DNA of 64,000 bases from Candidatus Eiseniibacteriota bacterium (GTDB lineage: Bacteria; Eisenbacteria; RBG-16-71-46; CAZAMP01): NCBI GenBank assembly GCA_965224245.1, contig OZ245046.1, positions 4,416,001-4,480,000 on the forward strand. Reading direction: 5' to 3'. Each line of letters starts with the position of its first letter. Within the stretch, counting starts at the first letter, position 1. Below are positions 54,729 to 64,000 of this stretch, one piece after another. Position numbers and translations under genes: made by a program. The notes beneath the pieces are model-generated. The model was not told the DNA's origin, made no database searches, and saw nothing but the letters and a program-made list of their open reading frames with translations.

Positions 54729-57700
54729 TCAGGCCGGGTCCTCGGGGTCGTACCCGAGGTTCGGAGCCAACCAACGCTCTACTTCTTTGACTTCAATTGA
54801 CTTACGCGATGCATAGTCGCTCGTCTGGTCGCGCGCGATCCGCCCGACATTGAAGTACTTGGATGCGGGATGACTGATATAGATCCCACTCACGCTCGCG
54901 GCGGGGGACATCGCGAAGCTTTCGGTCAACGTCACGCCGATTCGTTCGGGTGCCAGCACGCCGAAGAGCCGCGTCTTCTCGGAGTGGTCCGGACAGGCCG
55001 GGTACCCAAACGCGGGCCGAATACCCGAAAACGACTCGGAAAGGAGTTGCTCCCGGGCCAGTGACTCGTCGGGTGCGTACCAGATCCGGCGGACTCGCTC
55101 GTGCAAGAGCTCTGCGAGGCCTTCGGCCAAACGATCTGCCAGTGCTTTTACCATGATGGCCGAGTAGTCGTCGCCCGAAGCCGCAAATCTGTCGGCGATC
55201 GTGGCTGTATGGAGGCCTGCGGTCACGACGAATGCCCCGATATGGTCACGAAACGGTTTCGCCGGGGCAACGAAGTCGGCGAGGCAGTAGTTGGGCTTGC
55301 CGTCCCGACGACGCCACTGCTGCCGCAGCATCGGGAACCGGGCCAGCTCGTCGGTGCGAGACGGGTCGCGGAAGAGAACGATGTCGTCGCCGTCCGAGCC
55401 CGCGGGCCAGAAGCCGTGGATGGCGCTGGCCCGGAGCTCGGTGCCCGCGATCAGCCGATCGAGCATCTCGTTCGCGTTCGCGTGGAGCTCCCTCGCGGCG
55501 GCGCCCACGCGGGGGTCGTGCAGGACGTTGGGGTACCGCCCCCGGATGTCCCAGGCGCTGAAGAAGAACGTCCAGTCGATGTACGGTCGGATCTCGGACA
55601 GGGGGACGTCGTCCAGAACCTCCGTGCCGAGGAACGGCGGCGTCGCGAACGTATGGGAGTCCCAGTCGATCGGCGCGCGGTTCGACCGGGCCTCGGCGAT
55701 CGGAACCAGGGGCCGATCCTGCTTGTCCGCGTGCATCGCGCGCAGGTGCTCTTGCTTCCGCCGGTTCTCGGCGTCGAACGGGGCACCGTCGTCGCCGTGA
55801 AGCGCGGCCACGGTGCCCACCGCCCGGGAGGCGTCCACGACGTGGACCGTGCTTCCCGAGTAAGCCGGCGCGATCTTCACCGCGGTGTGCTGTCGGCTCG
55901 TGGTCGCGCCCCCGATCAGTAGCGGCACGCGAAGCTCCCGGCGCTCCATCTCGCGGGCCACGGTGACCATCTCCTCCAGGGACGGCGTGATCAGACCGCT
56001 CAGCCCGATCATGTGGGCGCCCTCGGCCTCGGCGGTATCGAGGATCCGGTCCGCGGGGACCATGACGCCCAGATCGATCACCTCGTAGTTGTTGCAGCGC
56101 AGCACCACCGAGACGATGTTCTTGCCGATGTCGTGAACGTCGCCCTTGACGGTGGCCATGACGATCGTGGCCTTGGCCCGGGCGGCCTCGGACCGCTCGG
56201 CCTCCATGAAGGGCTTCAGATACGCCACCGCCTGCTTCATCGCACGCGCGCTCTTGACCACCTGTGGCAGGAACATCTTGCCCGCGCCGAAGAGATCGCC
56301 CACCACCGACATGCCGGCCATCAGCGGCCCTTCGATCACGGCCAGCGCCGTCGACAGCTCGCGGCGCGCCTCCTCGGTGTCGGCCTCGATGTAGTCCACG
56401 ACCCCGTGCACGAGCGCGTACTCGAGGCGCTTGGCCACGTCGGCGTCGCGCCAGGCCAGGTCCACGGTGCGGCGAGAGCCCGATCCGCGCACGCGTCCGG
56501 CGAACGCCACCAGCCGCTCGGTGGCCTCGGGGTCGCGGGCGAAGAGCACGTCCTCGACGTGTTCGAGGAGATCGGCCGGGATGTCCTCGTACACGACGAG
56601 CTGGCCGGCGTTCACGATCCCCATGTCCATGCCGGCCCGGATCGCGTGATACAGAAAGGCGCTGTGCATGGCCTCGCGGACGACGTCGTTGCCACGAAAC
56701 GCGAACGACAGGTTGCTGACCCCACCCGAGACGAGCGCCCCCGGGCACTCGGCCTTGATGGTCCGGGTGGCCTCGATGAAATTCCTCGCGAACGCGTCGT
56801 GCCCCTCGATCCCGGTGGCCACGGCCAGCACGTTGGGATCGAAGATCACGTCGGAGGGCGGGATCCCCAGCTCGTGCACGAGGAGACCGTACGCGCGCCT
56901 GCAGATCGCGACCTTCCGCTCGATGGTCTCGGCCTGGCCGGTCTCGTCGAACGCCATCACGACCATGGCCGCGCCGAACTCGCGGACCCGTCGCGCCTTC
57001 TCGAGAAATGCCTCCTCGCCGTCCTTCAGGCTCAGCGAGTTCACGATGCTCTTGCCTTGCGTGCACCTCAGCCCGGCCTCGATGACCGACCAATCCGAGC
57101 TGTCGATCATGATCGGGAGCCGGGCGGCCTCGGGCTCGGTGGCCAGGATCTGGAGAAACGTCGTCATCTCGCTCGCCGAGTCGAGCATGCCCTCGTCCAG
57201 GTTCACGTCGAGGATGTTCGCTCCCCCGCGGACCTGGGACAGCGCGACACCGATCGCGGCCGCGTGGTCGCCGCTCCGGATCGTCCTGGCGAACCGGCGG
57301 GATCCGGTCACGTTCGTGCGCTCGCCGACCATGATGAAGTTCGAGTCCGGGCGGACGGTCAGGGCCTCGAGACCGGCGAACACGCTGTAGGTCGGATGCG
57401 CCGACGGGTCGGGCAGCGGTCTCGGTGACAGGCCGTCGACGGCGCGCGCGATCGCCGCGACGTGGTGCTCGGTCGTGCCGCAGCAGCCTCCCACGACGTT
57501 CACGAGCCCCTCGCGCGCGAACTCGCCGAGGATGCCGCTGGTGACCTCGGGCGACTCGTCGTAGCCGCCGAAGGCGTTCGGCAGGCCCGCGTTCGGGTAG
57601 CAGCTCGTGAACGTGGGCACGAGCCGGGCGAGCTCGGCAACGTAGGGACGCATGTCGCCCGCGCCGAGCGAGCAGTTGATGCCGACCACGAACGGGTCGG

Positions 57701-58415
57701 CGTGTGCGATCGACACCAGGAACGCGTCGATCGTCTGACCGGTGAGGAGGCGACCGCTCCGGTCGGTGATGGTCAGCGAGATGATCAGTGGCAGCTCGCG
57801 CCCGTGCTCGCGGAACGTGCGCCTGACGCCGACGATCGCGGCCTTGGCCATGAGCGGGTCGATGATCGTCTCGATCGCCAGGAGCTCGGCGCCGCCCTCG
57901 ACGAGCCCGTGGGCCTGCTCGTGGTACGCGGCCTCGACCTCGTCGAAGGTGACGGCGCGGTACGCCGGATCGTTCACGTCCGGGGACATGGACAGCGACT
58001 TGTTGGTCGGCCCCATCGAGCCCACGACGAACCGGGGCCTGTCCGGCGTGCGCTCGGTCGCGGCGTCGCACGCCTCGCGGGCCAGCCGGGCGGCCGCCAC
58101 GTTGATCTCGTGAACGACGCCTTCGAGGCCGTAGTCGGCCTGCGCGATGGCGGTGCCGCTGAACGTGTTCGTCTCGATCAGGTCCGCGCCGGCGTCGAGG
58201 TAGGCTGCGTGCATGGCGCGGACGGCATCGGGGTGCGTGAGGCAGAGCAGATCGTTGTTGCCCTTCAGGTCGACCGGGTGATCGGCGAAGCGCTCGCCTC
58301 GGAACGCGGCCTCGTCGAGGCCCAGGGCCTGCACGAACGTCCCCGTGGCCCCGTCCATCACGAGGATGCGTTCGCCCAGGAGGCGAGTCAGGGTCTGTCG
58401 GGTCGTCTCGGGCAT
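54729..58415 (-). CDS. metH: Cobalamin-dependent methionine synthase
   Basis: [53 protein letters not shown]. Confidence 0.96.
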   Translation of the reverse strand: MPETTRQTLTRLLGERILVMDGATGTFVQALGLDEAAFRGERFADHPVDLKGNNDLLCLTHPDAVRAMHAAYLDAGADLIETNTFSGTAIAQADYGLEGVVHEINVAAARLAREACDAATERTPDRPRFVVGSMGPTNKSLSMSPDVNDPAYRAVTFDEVEAAYHEQAHGLVEGGAELLAIETIIDPLMAKAAIVGVRRTFREHGRELPLIISLTITDRSGRLLTGQTIDAFLVSIAHADPFVVGINCSLGAGDMRPYVAELARLVPTFTSCYPNAGLPNAFGGYDESPEVTSGILGEFAREGLVNVVGGCCGTTEHHVAAIARAVDGLSPRPLPDPSAHPTYSVFAGLEALTVRPDSNFIMVGERTNVTGSRRFARTIRSGDHAAAIGVALSQVRGGANILDVNLDEGMLDSASEMTTFLQILATEPEAARLPIMIDSSDWSVIEAGLRCTQGKSIVNSLSLKDGEEAFLEKARRVREFGAAMVVMAFDETGQAETIERKVAICRRAYGLLVHELGIPPSDVIFDPNVLAVATGIEGHDAFARNFIEATRTIKAECPGALVSGGVSNLSFAFRGNDVVREAMHSAFLYHAIRAGMDMGIVNAGQLVVYEDIPADLLEHVEDVLFARDPEATERLVAFAGRVRGSGSRRTVDLAWRDADVAKRLEYALVHGVVDYIEADTEEARRELSTALAVIEGPLMAGMSVVGDLFGAGKMFLPQVVKSARAMKQAVAYLKPFMEAERSEAARAKATIVMATVKGDVHDIGKNIVSVVLRCNNYEVIDLGVMVPADRILDTAEAEGAHMIGLSGLITPSLEEMVTVAREMERRELRVPLLIGGATTSRQHTAVKIAPAYSGSTVHVVDASRAVGTVAALHGDDGAPFDAENRRKQEHLRAMHADKQDRPLVPIAEARSNRAPIDWDSHTFATPPFLGTEVLDDVPLSEIRPYIDWTFFFSAWDIRGRYPNVLHDPRVGAAARELHANANEMLDRLIAGTELRASAIHGFWPAGSDGDDIVLFRDPSRTDELARFPMLRQQWRRRDGKPNYCLADFVAPAKPFRDHIGAFVVTAGLHTATIADRFAASGDDYSAIMVKALADRLAEGLAELLHERVRRIWYAPDESLAREQLLSESFSGIRPAFGYPACPDHSEKTRLFGVLAPERIGVTLTESFAMSPAASVSGIYISHPASKYFNVGRIARDQTSDYASRKSIEVKEVERWLAPNLGYDPEDPA

Positions 58416-58491
58416 GGGACGCCTCGGGGATCGGGGACCGGCGCGCGCGACCGCGCCCGCTCGTGCGATCGGCGATTATGCGGGACGCGGC

Positions 58492-61400
58492 TCAGCGGAT
58501 CAAAACCACTCGCCGGAGGCGATGGATGTCCCCCGCGTCCAGCCTGGCGAAGTACGTCCCCGACGCCGCCGGCGTTCCCCCGTCGTCGCAGCCGTCCCAG
58601 GTGACGATGTGCTCGCCCGCGTCGAGGCGGCCCTCCAGGAGCGCCCGCACGAGGCGCCCCGTGGGGTCGAAGATGCCGAGGCGTACCTCGCCCCCGCGCT
58701 CCAGATGCACCGTCATCGATGCCGTGGGATTGAACGGATTCGGACGCGAGGGCGACAGCCACACGGCGCCCCGGGCGGCCGGAGTCCGCGTACGCGTCTC
58801 GGCCAGGAACACGTCGCGGCCGTCGGTCCGGCGCTCGGACAGCCGGTACACGTACTCGTGATCCGGCGCCACCGCATCGTCGACGACCCGATAGGCCGAT
58901 CGGCCCGGCTCGACCAGTCCGCCCGTGACGTCGACCGCGTCACCGGCGTCGGCACCGCCGGCACCGCCGGCCGCCTCCGCACGCGTGAGCCGGAACCCCA
59001 GGACGTCACGCTCGCGCGACGTGCGCCACTCCACGACGACCGATCCGCCCTGGGGGGTGGCCGTGAAGGACTCCAGCAGCACCGGAACGCCCTCGCCCGG
59101 ACCGCCGCACTCGGTGCTGTCGCTGACGGTCCCGCACGCCTCGTAGTAGAGCCACGCGTAGAACTGGATGCCGTAGGGCGGACGCGAGTACTCGCTGACG
59201 TCGAGGGTCGTGTCGGTGCCGGCGACGACGTGCCGGGTGGCGTCGTAGTAGTAGTGGCACTCCTGGGGATCCAGGACGAGCACGTAGCGCTCGGCACCCG
59301 GGGCCGGATCCCACTCGAAGTACCAGAGCCCTTCCTCGTCCAGGGCGTGATCGCGCAGCTCGGGCGCCCCCAGAGACGGTGCCGTCGTGAACGTCCGGCA
59401 CGCCGACGGGTCACCGAAGGTCCCGCACGCGTTCCGTGGTGCCACCCACCAGTGAACGGTCTGGCCGGTCAGCGTTCGCGTGTACGTCGTGTCCGCCGTC
59501 ACCTCGTCGACGAGATCGATCACGCCGCATTCGGTCCCAGCCCGGATCCGGTAGTGCGTGGCACCCTCCACCGACGTCCAGGCGAACGGCACGGCTCCGT
59601 CGATGCACTCGACGCCGTCGGGCGGATACACGAGATCCGGGGCGGGCAGCGCGACGTCGCCCGGCCGGATGCCGGCGTCGTCGTTCGAGGGCGGTGCGCT
59701 GCCGCAGGCGTTCCGGGCCACGACGGCGTAGGTGTACGTGACGTCCGGCTCGGCCGAGTCGTCGACGTAGCGGGTGGTGCCGGCACCGAGCGTCGCGATC
59801 ACGCCGCCGTCCCGGACGAGGTCGAACACGGACTCGTCGTCGCTGGTGTCGGTCCAGGTCACGATCACGGCCGCGCAGTTCGTGTCCGTCGCACTGCAGT
59901 CCGCCGCGGCGCTCGGCGGATCGGATCCGGCGGTGCCCGTCGCCTCCGTCGGCGGTCCCCCTTCGCCGCACGCGTTGGTCGGGACGACCGTGTACGTGTG
60001 CGGTACGTCGGCCGTCGCCCCCGTGTCGGTGTAGGAGCGAACGTCCGGTCCCGTCGTCGCGATCAGCTCGTCGTCGCGGCGGATCCGGAACCCCGTCTCG
60101 TCGGGGCTGTTGTCCTGCCAGGCGAGACGCACGACGCCGCACAGACCGTCGGTGGCGGTGAGCTCGGTGGCCGCGCCCGGTGGCGTGCTCACGCGCATCC
60201 CCGGGTTCGTGTTGGACGCCGACCCGCCGCACACGCCGATGGCCACGACGTCGTACGTGTACTCGACGTCGGGCACGGCGGTGTCGTCGGTGAACGCCTC
60301 CACGTCGGGATCGGTCGTGGCGAGCGTCACGCCGTCCCGGCGCACCGCGAAGCCGATCTCGTCGAGGCTGCGGTCGGCCCACGTCACGTGGACCGCCAGG
60401 CACCGGTCGTCGGTGGCCCGGCACTGTGTGGGCGCGAACGGAACCCGCGCGCGCGTGCCCGACACCTCCGCGGACGGCTCGCTGTCCCCGCAGTCGTCGA
60501 CCGCGACCACGTGATAGGTCGCGCTGGACCCGTGCGTGATCGCCGAGTCGAGGAACTCGCGGGTCTCGGCGCCGACCGAGCTCGCGAGCACCCCGTTGCG
60601 ATACACGTCGAACCCGGTGGCGCCGGACGCCGGGTCATGGGTCCACGACACGAGGATCCCCTCGCACAGGTCCTCGGACGCGTCGACGCCCGCCGGCGCC
60701 GGCAGCGACGCGCGATCTCCGACGTCCGGGTCCGACGCCGGCGCCGATCCGCAGCTGTTCGTCGCGATGATCGCGTACGTGTACGACACGCCCCGTACCG
60801 CGCCCGCGTCGACGTAGCTCCGGGCCCCGGCGGGCGCTCCGCCCACGGTCACGCCGTCCCGGTCGATCTCGAAGTCGGTCAGATCGCCGCCCGGATGCTC
60901 CCAGGTGATCTCGATCTCGCAATCGCCGTCCGAGGCCACACAGCTCGTGGCGGCGTCGGGGAGTCCGCCCGCCTGCTCCCCACAGAGGGGCGATCCACCG
61001 GTGGCGAGATCCAGCATGCCGAGCCCGGCCGAGCAGATCGGCACCGGCGAGTCGCCGCCGCACTCGACCCACAGGGCGGCGCCGACGCGAGGGTCGGGCT
61101 CGATGCCGAACGTGCCGGAGGATCCGTCGTCGATGGCGAAGTAGCCGACGCGCGCGTTCGTGCCCGGCGGCTCGTAGCACCCGCTGGCCCAGGTGACCGC
61201 GTTGCCGCTGCCGGACGCGGGCCAGCCCTCGCCCGGGATCTGGTTTCCTCCGGTGCACAGCGTCCACGAGCCGACGGGCATCGAGTGCGTGGTCGCGAAC
61301 TGGACTCCGCCGATGCCGGACGGGAACGAGGCCTCGTCGCTGACCACGACCCAGACGAAGGCCGCACCGCCGAGTGGAGAGCTCGAGAGGCCGTCACAGT

Positions 61401-61560
61401 CGGAGGTCTCGATCCAGTCGAAGGCGACGTCGTCGCAGCCGCTGTACGACGGCTCGGTCACGACGACGTTGAGAGTCGTACCCGCCGCGCGTGCATCGTC
61501 GGCCATCATCGCGGCGAGAGTCAGGAGGGCACACGACGAGATCCGCGCCGAAGAGGACAT
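58492..61560 (-). CDS. Large secreted protein: Cys-rich N-terminal domain, about seven FN3-like repeats, FlgD-Ig/T9SS-like C-terminal domain
   Basis: Signal peptide; repeated W..(D)...F.I.RDG...Y.D.....Y.V.A.N.CG modules; PVLLESF, RPNPFNP...WDG. Confidence 0.82.
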   Translation of the reverse strand: MSSSARISSCALLTLAAMMADDARAAGTTLNVVVTEPSYSGCDDVAFDWIETSDCDGLSSSPLGGAAFVWVVVSDEASFPSGIGGVQFATTHSMPVGSWTLCTGGNQIPGEGWPASGSGNAVTWASGCYEPPGTNARVGYFAIDDGSSGTFGIEPDPRVGAALWVECGGDSPVPICSAGLGMLDLATGGSPLCGEQAGGLPDAATSCVASDGDCEIEITWEHPGGDLTDFEIDRDGVTVGGAPAGARSYVDAGAVRGVSYTYAIIATNSCGSAPASDPDVGDRASLPAPAGVDASEDLCEGILVSWTHDPASGATGFDVYRNGVLASSVGAETREFLDSAITHGSSATYHVVAVDDCGDSEPSAEVSGTRARVPFAPTQCRATDDRCLAVHVTWADRSLDEIGFAVRRDGVTLATTDPDVEAFTDDTAVPDVEYTYDVVAIGVCGGSASNTNPGMRVSTPPGAATELTATDGLCGVVRLAWQDNSPDETGFRIRRDDELIATTGPDVRSYTDTGATADVPHTYTVVPTNACGEGGPPTEATGTAGSDPPSAAADCSATDTNCAAVIVTWTDTSDDESVFDLVRDGGVIATLGAGTTRYVDDSAEPDVTYTYAVVARNACGSAPPSNDDAGIRPGDVALPAPDLVYPPDGVECIDGAVPFAWTSVEGATHYRIRAGTECGVIDLVDEVTADTTYTRTLTGQTVHWWVAPRNACGTFGDPSACRTFTTAPSLGAPELRDHALDEEGLWYFEWDPAPGAERYVLVLDPQECHYYYDATRHVVAGTDTTLDVSEYSRPPYGIQFYAWLYYEACGTVSDSTECGGPGEGVPVLLESFTATPQGGSVVVEWRTSRERDVLGFRLTRAEAAGGAGGADAGDAVDVTGGLVEPGRSAYRVVDDAVAPDHEYVYRLSERRTDGRDVFLAETRTRTPAARGAVWLSPSRPNPFNPTASMTVHLERGGEVRLGIFDPTGRLVRALLEGRLDAGEHIVTWDGCDDGGTPAASGTYFARLDAGDIHRLRRVVLIR

Positions 61561-61768
61561 GCGGAGCCTCCTTGCGTCGGGTGTGGAATCGTCCAGCCGT
61601 CATTGTATGACCAAAGCCCGGCTGCGAGCCCGTGGAATCGACGAGTAAGGCGGGTGATCGACGTTCGACGACGTGTCGTGGGGAGGCCGCTCGAGGAGCC
61701 CCGTCGCGCCGCCGTGAGGAGCGGCGATGGGGACGAAGGCTCCACGAGCGCGGACCGAGTGCGTGCGG

Positions 61769-62356
61769 CTACGGCACCTCGGTGGCGGACTGGACGATCT
61801 TGCCCACGAGACCGTACTCGAGCGCTTCGGAGGCCGACATCCAGAAGTTCCGCCGGGTGTCCTCCTCGACGCGCTCGATCGGCTGCCCGGTCTGACGGGA
61901 GATGACCTCGTTCAGACGCTTGCGCATCTTGATCATCTCCTTCGCCTCGATGCCGATGTCGACCGCCTGTCCGCCGACGCCGCCCGACGGCTGGTGCAGG
62001 AGGAAGCGCGTGTTGGGCAGGCAGAACCGGCTCTCGCGGTCGGCCGCCAGGTAGATGTGCGCGCCCGCGCTGGCCACCCATCCGGTACCGACCATGATCA
62101 CGCGCGGCTTCACGAAGCGAATCATGTCGTGGATGGTGTCCCCGGACTCGACGTGCCCACCCTGGCTATGCACGTAGACGCGGATGTCGTCGTCGGAGAA
62201 CGCCGACATGGCCAGGAGCTGGGCGGCCACCCGCTCGGCCACCTTCGAGTTGATCTCGCCGTGAATGAGGACCGTTCGCGCCTCGAAGAGCTTGTCGGCG
62301 AGCTTGGACCGGTAGGCATCGCCTTTACCTCCCGCCATCACCTCTGGAATATCCAC
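61769..62356 (-). CDS. clpP: ATP-dependent Clp protease proteolytic subunit (ClpP2-like)
   Basis: SQGGHVESG, GWVASAG, LPNTRFLLHQP, RNFWMSASEALEYGLV; AAGGAG RBS before GTG. Confidence 0.92.
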   Translation of the reverse strand: MDIPEVMAGGKGDAYRSKLADKLFEARTVLIHGEINSKVAERVAAQLLAMSAFSDDDIRVYVHSQGGHVESGDTIHDMIRFVKPRVIMVGTGWVASAGAHIYLAADRESRFCLPNTRFLLHQPSGGVGGQAVDIGIEAKEMIKMRKRLNEVISRQTGQPIERVEEDTRRNFWMSASEALEYGLVGKIVQSATEVP

Positions 62357-62663
62357 GCACAACTCCTTGTCGTTAAATGCGTTATCAGGCTCGTGCCGGC
62401 CGCGTTCCGCGGGCCCGGGCCTCGCGGTCGCGCCGGACGCGAGTGCTCGTCGTCTTCTCGATCGGCCGGAGGGGTCGGGAAGTATAGCCCGCCCGCCGAG
62501 GACAGGATCCTGAGCGCCGGACCGGGTCGAGTCAACCGGCACGCGAGCCGCGCCGGAGATGGAACACGAGATTCTGTGTGCGATCCGGTCGCCCGGCCCG
62601 TCGTGGCGGAGTTACCATCATCGGCTTCGTCCGCTTCTTCGGCGCTCAACCGGGAGGACTCTC

Positions 62664-64000
62664 GTGAACGCGCACCAGACCACCGGCTCGTTTCTCGTGC
62701 TGCTCGGCGCCTTCGTGCTGCTCGCCGCGATGATCGCGGACGACGCGCGCGCAGGCGGCCCGCCGCTGGCCGAGCGGCGCCCCGTGACCAGCACGTACTG
62801 GGGCGTCGACGTCGTCGACGACTATCGTTACCTGGAGGACGTCACCGCACCCGACGTCGAGAAGTGGGTCGACGCCCAGGACGCCTACGCTCGCCGGTGG
62901 CTGGACGACTACGACGACCGCGACGCCCTGGCGGCGCGGGTGCGATCGCTGAGCCACGGCTCGGAGCCCGAGTACTACTACTTCAAGTATCGCGGGGGTC
63001 GGATCTTCGCGATGAAGAAGCAGCCGCCGCTCGAGCAGCACTTCCTCGTCGACGTGACCGACCTCGACGACCCCGACCACGAGCGCACGGTCGTGGATCC
63101 GAACCGGATCGATCCCAGCGGTGCCACGACGATCGACTTCTACGTGCCGTCTCCGACCGGCCGGTACGTCGCGGTCTCGCTGTCGGAGAACGGCACCGAG
63201 GACGGCACGCTGCACGTGTTCGACCGGGAGAGCGGGAAGGCGCTCGGCGACGTGATTCCGCGCGTGAACGGCGGCACCGCCGGCGGAAGCGTGGCGTGGC
63301 TGCACGACGAGACGGGCTTCTTCTACACGCGCTATCCCCATCCCGGCGAACGGCCCGACGAGGATCTCTTCTTCCATCAGCAGATCTGGTTCCACGCGCT
63401 CGGTACCCCGACCGCCGAGGACCACTACGCGCTCGGCGAGACGTTCCCCCGGATCGCCGAGATCGCGATGGAGACGTCGCGGGACGGACAGTACGTGCTG
63501 GCGACGGTCAGCGACGGCGACGGCGGCGAGTACGAGTACTGGCTTCGCGGACCGGATGCGGCGTGGACGAAGTTCGCCGCGTTCGACCAGGGAGTCTCGC
63601 GCGCGGAGTTCGGCGGGGACGGCGCCCTGTACCTGCTGTCGCGACACCAGGCACCCAACTTCCAGGTGCTCCGCCTGGATCCGAGCCGGCCGTCGCTGGA
63701 CGAGGCCACGATCCTAGTTCCCGAGAAGGACCAGGCGGTGGTCTACGACGTTGCCGCCACCGAATCGCGCCTCCTCGTCATCGAGATGGTCGGCGGGCCG
63801 ACCGTGCTCCGGATGTACGACCTCGAGGGCCACGACCTGGGGCTCGTCGACATGGACGATCCCATCAGCTCGATCACGGGGCTGGTCGCGCTCCACGGTG
63901 ACGAGGTGCTCTTCCGGCACGAGTCGTACGTGTCGCCGTCGGCGTGGTATCGCATGAACGCAGCGGGCTCGAAGCCGATGTTGACGCGATTCGTCGAGGT
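62664..64000 (+). CDS. Secreted prolyl oligopeptidase (S9A), 3' truncated by the window edge; absent from the ORF track
   Basis: GGAGG RBS, GTG; signal peptide then VDVVDDYRYLED...VEKWVDAQ, VDPNRIDPSG, SENGTEDG, FFYTRYP, HALGTP. Confidence 0.88.
   Translation, partial: MNAHQTTGSFLVLLGAFVLLAAMIADDARAGGPPLAERRPVTSTYWGVDVVDDYRYLEDVTAPDVEKWVDAQDAYARRWLDDYDDRDALAARVRSLSHGSEPEYYYFKYRGGRIFAMKKQPPLEQHFLVDVTDLDDPDHERTVVDPNRIDPSGATTIDFYVPSPTGRYVAVSLSENGTEDGTLHVFDRESGKALGDVIPRVNGGTAGGSVAWLHDETGFFYTRYPHPGERPDEDLFFHQQIWFHALGTPTAEDHYALGETFPRIAEIAMETSRDGQYVLATVSDGDGGEYEYWLRGPDAAWTKFAAFDQGVSRAEFGGDGALYLLSRHQAPNFQVLRLDPSRPSLDEATILVPEKDQAVVYDVAATESRLLVIEMVGGPTVLRMYDLEGHDLGLVDMDDPISSITGLVALHGDEVLFRHESYVSPSAWYRMNAAGSKPMLTRFVE

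Noticed and set aside
58345-61905. 1186-aa plus-strand ORF and similar long shadows (30340-33303, 30521-33253, 55246-58071)
   Set aside because: They overlap recognisable genes in another frame or strand and have no motifs.
1-64000. CRISPR array, tRNA, rRNA, IS transposase, prophage
   Set aside because: No regularly spaced repeats, cloverleaf/T-loop signatures or matching proteins were seen by eye; short or degenerate elements could have been missed.

Overview
High-GC bacterial chromosomal segment. Three secreted proteins with C-terminal FlgD-Ig/T9SS-like domains and several Cys-rich secreted families suggest an FCB-associated lineage such as Eisenbacteria/Krumholzibacteria/Latescibacteria (inference only). 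Recognisable housekeeping genes: speD-speE, mscS, fumC, saccharopine dehydrogenase, ettA, ppiC, pterin dehydratase, metH, clpP, several peptidases and a lytic transglycosylase. Highlights: (1) an integrase-less integron cassette array (about 16.4-20.5 kb) with attC sites separating four self-promoted toxin-antitoxin pairs; (2) a deiodinase-like selenoprotein, split in the ORF track at an in-frame UGA that is followed by a SECIS-like hairpin; (3) two tandem paralogous lipoproteins with a conserved core and divergent Cys-stapled hydrophobic C-terminal hairpins, a candidate undescribed lipoprotein-tethered bacteriocin/toxin precursor system; (4) a Bd0055-like bacterial histone in the ettA-ppiC-phhB run; (5) a DUF455 diiron + ATP-grasp + PLP enzyme trio; (6) a structured leader upstream of speD; (7) a TPR-wHTH regulator facing a small secreted protein, next to a compositionally foreign patch in the 3' end of metH. 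No rRNA, tRNA, CRISPR array or transposase was recognised. All product calls come from motif recognition by eye, without database searches.
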